64,000 nucleotides of DNA, taken from Steroidobacteraceae bacterium (lineage in GTDB: Bacteria > Pseudomonadota > Gammaproteobacteria > Steroidobacterales > Steroidobacteraceae). Under the pieces are notes generated by a model, which did no database searches, was not told where the DNA came from, and saw nothing but the letters and a program-made list of their open reading frames with translations. Each line of letters begins with the position of its first letter. The stretch's first letter is position 1. The stretch lies in the NCBI GenBank assembly GCA_035997505.1, contig DASYIN010000011.1, positions 14,770-78,769 of the forward strand. The letters run 5' to 3'. Position numbers and translations under genes: made by a program. Of this stretch, positions 57,871 through 64,000 are shown piece by piece.

Positions 57871-58510
57871 AGAATATTTAACCGACGACGAACAACTAGA
57901 GGCCGTAAAGCGCGCTTTTGCCGAATATGCCCCCTGGATCTTGGGAGGCGTGGTCCTGGGCGTCGGGGGCTGGTTTGGCATTCAATACTACCGCTCGCAC
58001 CAAAATGCCCAGGCGATGCAGGCCGCGGACCAGTTCGGCCAGATGACGGCCGCGCTGCAAATGAACGATCCGCAGAAATCGCTGCAGATCGCCGACGGAC
58101 TCATCAAGAATTTTCCATCCTCGCCCTATGCCGATCAGGCGCAGCTGACGATTGCGCGTATCGACATCGATAGCGGCAAAGCGGGGGATGCGGTTGCGCC
58201 CCTGACGCACGTCATGAATGAGTCCAAGGACTCGGAGCTCAAGCAGGTCGCGCGGCTGCGGCTCGCCCGCGTACTGATCGATCAAGGCAAGCCCGACGAT
58301 GCGATCAAGACCCTGGCCGGCGGTACGCCTGGGAGCTTTGCCGGGCGATACCACGCGGTTCATGGCGACGCGCTGTACGCGAAGAAAGACATTCCAGGCG
58401 CCATTGCCGAGTACAACATGGCGCTGAGCACGAGCGACGGCGGCGCCGATGCCGCCATGCTGCAATTGAAGCTCGCCGACCTAGCTTCGAACGAAAAGGC
58501 CAAACCCTGA
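57863..58510 (+). CDS. YfgM-like membrane-anchored TPR protein (UPF0070)
   Basis: MAEEYLTDDEQLEAVKRAFAEYAPW, then a single TM and TPR-like region. Conserved position between hisS and bamB. 8-nt overlap with hisS. Confidence 0.8.
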   Translation: MAEEYLTDDEQLEAVKRAFAEYAPWILGGVVLGVGGWFGIQYYRSHQNAQAMQAADQFGQMTAALQMNDPQKSLQIADGLIKNFPSSPYADQAQLTIARIDIDSGKAGDAVAPLTHVMNESKDSELKQVARLRLARVLIDQGKPDDAIKTLAGGTPGSFAGRYHAVHGDALYAKKDIPGAIAEYNMALSTSDGGADAAMLQLKLADLASNEKAKP

Positions 58511-59835
58511 TGCGCTTATTGCTTCCGTTGAGTCTCGCGGCGCTGCTTCTTGCGGCCGGCTGCAGCAAGGATAAGGACGTCGAGCCGCCGGCGGCGCTGG
58601 TGAAGTTTCCGGTAACGCTGCCGGTGAAGAAGCTCTGGGGCGACGGGGTCGGCGGCGGCAAGAAGCAGATCAAGCTGCGCTTGGGATTGGGCCCTGCCAT
58701 CGACAATGGACTGGTGTTCGCCGCCAATCACAAGGGCGAAGTGATTGCGGTGTCGCTCGAGACGGGACGCGATGTTTGGGTCAAGAAGCTCAAGTTGCCG
58801 ATTTCCGCCGGTCCGGCGGCGGCACTCGGCATCGTCGTGGCCGGCACCAGCAAAGGCACTGTGATCGCGCTGGATGGGGCGACCGGGCGCCAGCTGTGGC
58901 GCGCGCAAATCAATTCGGAGCTGCTGTCCTCGCCGGCGATCAGCGAGAAAGTGGTCGTGTTGCGCTCGGTGGACGGCAGGCTGAACGGCTTGGACACCGC
59001 CACCGGCAAAGTTCTCTGGTCCGTTGAGCAGCAAGTGCCGCGCCTGAGCCTGCGCGGCATCGCGACGCCCATCGTCGCGAAGCAAGCGGCGATCAGCGGC
59101 TTCGACAACGGCAAAGTCATGGCGGTTTCTCTCGCCACCGGCGACACGCTGTGGGACACGGCGCTGGCGTCGCCTCACGGACGCACGGAACTCGACCGTC
59201 TGGTCGATATCGATTCGGCTGTTCAGGTGGTCGGGGAGAACGTGTTCGCCGCCGGATTCCAGGGTCGCACGGCCATGCTCGCGCTCGACTCCGGTCAGCA
59301 GTGGTGGTCGCACGATATGTCGAGCTATCGGGGCCTGGCGGTTGATGCGGACAATTTGTACGTCACGCAATCCGACGGTACTGTGGTGGCGATGCGTCAG
59401 CGCGACGGCGCCGAGTTGTGGCGCAACGAGAAACTCAAGCGCCGCGGACTCAGTACTCCCATCGTCACCGGCTCGGCCGTCGCGATCGCCGATTTTCAGG
59501 GCTACATTCACTGGTTGGACAAGGGCACGGGTGAGCTCGTGGCCCGCGTGCGCATCGCCAAGCAACGCGTTTCCAGTCCACCCGCGGGTGCCGGCGACAC
59601 CATCGTAGTGCTGACGGATGGCGGGTCACTGGCCGCGTACCGGGCCACTCCCAAGGCATCCCGCGCGCCGGCGCCTGCCGCTGCCCCGGCCGAGACACCG
59701 GCTGCTGCACCGACTGCGACGCCGATTGAGGCGCCCGCGACCGAAACGCCGGCGTCACCGCCGACTGACGCCCCGGCACCGCCTCCCGTGACTCCGCCGC
59801 CAGCACCGCCGCCGTCCGCTCCGCCTCCGCCCTAA
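58510..59835 (+). CDS. bamB: outer membrane protein assembly factor BamB with Pro/Ala-rich C-terminal tail
   Basis: TGATG junction with the previous gene. Lipobox LLAAGC. PQQ-like beta-propeller repeats. About 60 extra low-complexity residues at the C-terminus. Confidence 0.88.
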   Translation: MRLLLPLSLAALLLAAGCSKDKDVEPPAALVKFPVTLPVKKLWGDGVGGGKKQIKLRLGLGPAIDNGLVFAANHKGEVIAVSLETGRDVWVKKLKLPISAGPAAALGIVVAGTSKGTVIALDGATGRQLWRAQINSELLSSPAISEKVVVLRSVDGRLNGLDTATGKVLWSVEQQVPRLSLRGIATPIVAKQAAISGFDNGKVMAVSLATGDTLWDTALASPHGRTELDRLVDIDSAVQVVGENVFAAGFQGRTAMLALDSGQQWWSHDMSSYRGLAVDADNLYVTQSDGTVVAMRQRDGAELWRNEKLKRRGLSTPIVTGSAVAIADFQGYIHWLDKGTGELVARVRIAKQRVSSPPAGAGDTIVVLTDGGSLAAYRATPKASRAPAPAAAPAETPAAAPTATPIEAPATETPASPPTDAPAPPPVTPPPAPPPSAPPPP

Positions 59836-59847
59836 AGATTTAAGGCA

Positions 59848-61230
59848 ATGCTGCCGGTAGTCGCATTGATCGGCCGCCCGAATGTGGGCAAGTCGACCCT
59901 GTTCAATGCCATGACCGGCACGCGCGATGCCCTCGTTGCCGATCTGCCCGGCCTGACGCGCGACCGCCAATATGGATTTGCGCGTCGCACGGAAGTGCCT
60001 TGCATCGTGGTCGACACGGGCGGACTGGTCGAGAATGCCGATGTGATCGAGAGCTTGATGATTGCGCAGACCGAACGCGCGATCAGCGAGGCCGATCGCC
60101 TCATCGTGCTGGTGGATGGCCGCGCCGGGGTGACGCCACAGGATCAATTCGTCGCGCAGCTCGCGCGCCGCAGCGGCAAGCCCGTATTTTTGGCGGTCAA
60201 CAAGACCGAGGGCTTCGATCAGGACATAGCGGTCGCCGACTTTCATCAGTTGGGCCTGGGTGAGCCGCTGCCGATCGCGGCGGCGCATGACCAGGGTGTG
60301 ATTTCTCTTCTGGAGACCGTCCTCGCAGGATTGACGCCGGACCCGCAGGACGGTCCTGAAAATCAGGGCATCAAAGTAGCCGTGATCGGCCGCCCGAATG
60401 TCGGCAAGAGCACATTGATCAATCGGCTGCTGGGCGAGAACCGCATGGTGGCATTTGATCAACCCGGCACCACGCGCGATGCGGTACTAGTGCCCTTCGA
60501 ACGCGATGGAGAGCGGTACACGTTGATCGACACTGCCGGCGTGCGGCGCCGCTCGCGCGTCGAGGAGGCGGTCGAAAAATTTAGCGTCATCAAAACCTTG
60601 CAGGCGATCGAGTCCGCCCACGTGGTCGTCGTGGTCATGGACGCCCAAGATAACGTTGCCGAGCAGGATGCAAGTCTCTTGGGCACCGTGATCGAGCAGG
60701 GCCGGGCTTTGATTCTCGCCGTCAACAAGTGGGACAACATTCCCACGGAGCAGCGCGACTTGATTCGCCAGCAGATCGAACAGCGGCTGCAATTCGCCGA
60801 TTTCGCTCCCCTGCATTTCATCTCGGCGCGCCACGGCAGCGGCGTGGGCGAGCTATTGGCCGCGGTGCGCAAGGTGTACGCCGCCGCCATGCGGGACATG
60901 GGCACGCCGGAGTTGACGAGGGTGCTGGAGGCGGCGATCGAGAGCCACCAGCCGCCATTGGTGAGCGGGCGCCGCATCAAGCTGCGCTATGCGCACCAGG
61001 GAGGCCGAAATCCCCCCGTGATTGTGATCCACGGCAACCAAACAGATCACGTGCCGGACGCCTATCGGCGCTACCTGGTCAATGTGTATCGCAAAGCCTT
61101 CGATTTGATGGGGACGCCGGTGAGAGTGGCCTTCCGCGGAGATGAGAACCCTTTCGCGGGCAAACGCAACCCACTGACGCCACGGCAGGTTCGAAAACGC
61201 AAACGGTTGATCCAGCGCAATAAGCGGTAA
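59848..61230 (+). CDS. der: ribosome biogenesis GTPase Der (EngA)
   Basis: Two GTPase domains, each with [17 protein letters not shown] and NKxD motifs, plus a C-terminal KH-like domain. Confidence 0.95.
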   Translation: MLPVVALIGRPNVGKSTLFNAMTGTRDALVADLPGLTRDRQYGFARRTEVPCIVVDTGGLVENADVIESLMIAQTERAISEADRLIVLVDGRAGVTPQDQFVAQLARRSGKPVFLAVNKTEGFDQDIAVADFHQLGLGEPLPIAAAHDQGVISLLETVLAGLTPDPQDGPENQGIKVAVIGRPNVGKSTLINRLLGENRMVAFDQPGTTRDAVLVPFERDGERYTLIDTAGVRRRSRVEEAVEKFSVIKTLQAIESAHVVVVVMDAQDNVAEQDASLLGTVIEQGRALILAVNKWDNIPTEQRDLIRQQIEQRLQFADFAPLHFISARHGSGVGELLAAVRKVYAAAMRDMGTPELTRVLEAAIESHQPPLVSGRRIKLRYAHQGGRNPPVIVIHGNQTDHVPDAYRRYLVNVYRKAFDLMGTPVRVAFRGDENPFAGKRNPLTPRQVRKRKRLIQRNKR

Positions 61231-61263
61231 TATCGGGCGGCGGTACCACGGAGGGATGGTCCC

Positions 61264-64000
61264 TTGCTGCAGTTCGCCAAAACCAAGACATTCCGAATTT
61301 CAGCGGTGCTCGCGCTGCTGATCGGCTTGTACGCGATCGCCGGCTTTTGGCTCGCGCCGAAGCTTGTGCGCAACGCACTCATGAAAGACATTCCAACCAC
61401 GCTGGCGGGCGTAACCCCGACCATCGGCGAAATTCATATCAACCCGTTCTTGCTTCAAGTCGAGGTCAGGGATTTTTTTCTGACCGGCTCCCAGGGCATC
61501 CGGCTGGTGGGATTTGGCCGTCTGTTCATCGATTTTCAAGTCTCGTCAATTTGGCACCGCGCGTACACCTTCAACCAGATCGAGCTGGCCGCACCCTTTG
61601 CAAACGCGGTCATCTTCAAGGACGGCGCACTGAACCTGGCGCAGCTGAGCCCCAAGGCGCCCGAAAAACCAGAGCCCAAGAGCAAAGAGCCGATTCCGGC
61701 GCTGCGCATCGATTTATTCAAAGTGACTGCGGGTCTTCTATCGTTTGACGATCGGCGTCGGCCGTCCGATTTCGCGACGCGCTTGGAGCCGATCAATTTT
61801 GAACTGCAGAACTTCACGACGGGCGTTGATGGCGGCCGTTTCACCTTCACCGGCAGGTCGAAACTCGACGAGCGGATCGAGTGGCACGGGCATGTCGCCG
61901 TCAATCCGATCGAATCCGACGGCGAGTTTCAGCTTGCTGGACTGCAGGCGCACACGATTTGGTCCTATCTGGCAGATCAGCTGAACTTCCAGGTCAACTC
62001 CGGCAAGATCGATGTGAGCGCGACGTATAAGTTTTCACTGCAGGACCAGCCTGACCTCAAGGTCGATGTGTCCAAGGTGGCGCTGAACGACCTGACGGTG
62101 CGACCCAGGGACGGAGACCTTGATTGGATCACGGTGCCTCAATTGCTGCTGAGCGGCACCACATTGGACCTGAAGCAGCGCCAGGCGCGCAGCGACTCCC
62201 TGACTCTGACGGGCGTCAAGTTGGTGACCTGGCTTGAACCGGACGGATCCGTGAATTTGCTCAAACTTGCGGCAGCACCGGCGGCGGCAGCACCCAGTCC
62301 AAGCGTCTCGCCCGCTCCAGGGTCAACCACGCAGGGCCCTAAATCTGGTCCTGCGTGGGGCTACGAGTTGCGTGAATTCGCACTGCGCGATGCCAGCCTC
62401 TCGGCCGAGGATCGCCGCACCAAGCCCACCGCGAAAGCGCTGCTGGCGCCGCTCAGCATCCAGGTAACCGGTGTGAGTTTGAATCTAGCGAAGCCCTTGA
62501 ACGTGGCCCTCGATACGAAAATCAATGACACAGGCACTTTAAGCGTGACGGGAGACATCACGCCACAGCCGACAGCGGCGAGTTTGAATTTGAAACTGGG
62601 CGGCATCGAACTCGCCGCGGTGCAACCCTACCTCGCGCAGTACACCTCCATGACGCTGCTCGCCGGGGCCTTGAGCGGCGATGCCAAGGTGCGCTACGGC
62701 GCGCAAAAGCCCGCCTTGCAGTTCAGCGGAGATTTGAGCGTCGTCGGCTTGCACACCGTGGACAACGCGTTGCACGAGGATTTTATCAATTGGGATCGCT
62801 TGGATGTCAAGGGCTTAAGTTTCCAGCATGATCCGGATCGGCTCGACATCGATTTGGTCTCGGCACGCAAGCTCTATGCGCGCGTCATCGTCGAGCCCGA
62901 TGAAACGATCAACGTGAAGCGGGTGTTGGCGGGTCCGGGTGCGACGGTTTTGGCCCCCAGCGGGAATACCGGTCCGCCAGTTGCCGCCACGGCCGCGCCT
63001 GCGCCGGCGCCGCCTCTGCCGCACAAGGGCCGCAAAGCCGCGCCGGGGGCCGCGACGGCCGGCGCAGTGCCGGCTTCCTCCGCGGCCCCCGCCATGCCGA
63101 TGTCCGTCAAGAAAATTGTATTAAAGGCCAGCCAGGCGAATTTCGCCGACCTGTCGGTGAAGCCCAACTTCGCGACCGGGATCCAGAATCTCGAGGGCAC
63201 TGTGTCGGGGCTCTCATCTAAGGAGAATTCGCGCGCGAAAGTCGATTTGCACGGCTCCGTCGGCGAGTTCTCACCCGTGGCCATCACCGGGGAAGTGAAT
63301 GCCTTGAGTGCGAGGCTCTACGCCGATTTATCCATGAGCTTCAAAAATATCGAGCTCAGCACGTTCAATCCCTATTCCGGCAAATTCGCCGGCTACAACA
63401 TCAGCAAGGGCAAGCTGACCACGGAGCTGCACTACAAGGTCGACGGACGCAAGCTCGATGCGCAGCATCACATCACCGTCGATCAGCTCGAGTTCGGCGA
63501 AAAAACCGAAAGCAAGGATGCCGTGTCGCTGCCCGTCAAACTGGCCGTGGCGCTGCTCAAGGATCGCGACGGCGTGATCGATCTTGATCTCCCCATCACC
63601 GGCTCCCTCGATGACCCGAAATTCAAGCTCGGCCCCATCATCTGGAAAGTGTTCGTCAATATTTTGGAGAAGGCGGTCACGGCGCCATTCGCGCTCCTGG
63701 GCTCTCTGTTCGGCGGCGGCCCGGATTTGCAGTTTGTCGATTTTCGACCGGGTGCGGCCGATTTAGATCCCGCCGCTACAGCCAAGGCGCAATCCATGGT
63801 CAAGGCGCTGAACGCGCGGCCGCAGTTGAAGATCGAGATCCCGATTGCAACGGTTGGCGATCTCGATCGACCGCATCTTGTCGAGGTGAAGTTTCAGGCG
63901 CAGATCCAAGAGGATCTGGCCGCCACGGCGGCTCGCAAGAAATCGTCCGTCCCGGCACCCGGGTATGACCAATTGGATCCCGCAACTCAGCTGGATCTGC
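61264..64000 (+). CDS. large DUF748 / AsmA-like envelope protein, 3-prime end beyond window
   Basis: The frame is open from 61231 to the window end and is absent from the ORF track because there is no stop. A TTG at 61264 is followed by a TM anchor (ISAVLALLIGLYAIAGFWLAP). Repeated beta-rich DUF748-like segments follow (NISKGKLTTELHYKVDGRKLDAQHHITVDQLEFGEK). Confidence 0.75.
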   Translation, partial: MLQFAKTKTFRISAVLALLIGLYAIAGFWLAPKLVRNALMKDIPTTLAGVTPTIGEIHINPFLLQVEVRDFFLTGSQGIRLVGFGRLFIDFQVSSIWHRAYTFNQIELAAPFANAVIFKDGALNLAQLSPKAPEKPEPKSKEPIPALRIDLFKVTAGLLSFDDRRRPSDFATRLEPINFELQNFTTGVDGGRFTFTGRSKLDERIEWHGHVAVNPIESDGEFQLAGLQAHTIWSYLADQLNFQVNSGKIDVSATYKFSLQDQPDLKVDVSKVALNDLTVRPRDGDLDWITVPQLLLSGTTLDLKQRQARSDSLTLTGVKLVTWLEPDGSVNLLKLAAAPAAAAPSPSVSPAPGSTTQGPKSGPAWGYELREFALRDASLSAEDRRTKPTAKALLAPLSIQVTGVSLNLAKPLNVALDTKINDTGTLSVTGDITPQPTAASLNLKLGGIELAAVQPYLAQYTSMTLLAGALSGDAKVRYGAQKPALQFSGDLSVVGLHTVDNALHEDFINWDRLDVKGLSFQHDPDRLDIDLVSARKLYARVIVEPDETINVKRVLAGPGATVLAPSGNTGPPVAATAAPAPAPPLPHKGRKAAPGAATAGAVPASSAAPAMPMSVKKIVLKASQANFADLSVKPNFATGIQNLEGTVSGLSSKENSRAKVDLHGSVGEFSPVAITGEVNALSARLYADLSMSFKNIELSTFNPYSGKFAGYNISKGKLTTELHYKVDGRKLDAQHHITVDQLEFGEKTESKDAVSLPVKLAVALLKDRDGVIDLDLPITGSLDDPKFKLGPIIWKVFVNILEKAVTAPFALLGSLFGGGPDLQFVDFRPGAADLDPAATAKAQSMVKALNARPQLKIEIPIATVGDLDRPHLVEVKFQAQIQEDLAATAARKKSSVPAPGYDQLDPATQLDL

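Noticed and set aside
58516-59565. 349-aa minus-strand ORF
   Set aside because: Antisense to bamB; no motifs; Arg-rich.
59640-59835. Possible tandem DNA repeat or CRISPR-like periodicity in the GC-rich Pro/Ala-coding stretch
   Set aside because: The repetition is at amino-acid composition level only (CCG/GCC codons). There are no exact repeat units or spacers, and it lies in frame within bamB.

Overview
GC-rich chromosomal segment with strongly GC3-biased codons. Gene content and order suggest a gammaproteobacterium: queA-tgt-yajC-secD-secF, then suhB / trmJ-iscS..., then ndk-rlmN-pilW-rodZ-hisS-yfgM-bamB-der. I support about 62 protein-coding genes, one tRNA-Leu(CAA), two riboswitches (cobalamin and TPP) and one clear intrinsic terminator. 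The window is tightly packed. Many same-strand neighbours share 1-4 nt start/stop overlaps (ATGA, GTGA, TGATG), and several convergent pairs overlap or are under 10 nt apart. I found no CRISPR array, rRNA, transposase, phage integrase or other mobile element, and no obvious defence island, so this looks like core genome rather than accessory DNA. The most interesting items are two vitamin-salvage units. (1) A cobalamin riboswitch controls btuB plus a small 6-TM protein that I suspect is a solitary BtuM-type B12 transporter, with a signal-peptide-less BtuF-like protein transcribed divergently. (2) A TPP riboswitch controls a ykoF-like / pnuT-like / thiK-like salvage operon. A third item is a stripped-down isc locus whose IscU-like protein has lost two of the three cluster-ligand cysteines. 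Many long ORFs in the six-frame track are antisense artefacts of the high GC content and were rejected. All functional calls rest on motif and family recognition by eye; no database search was run.
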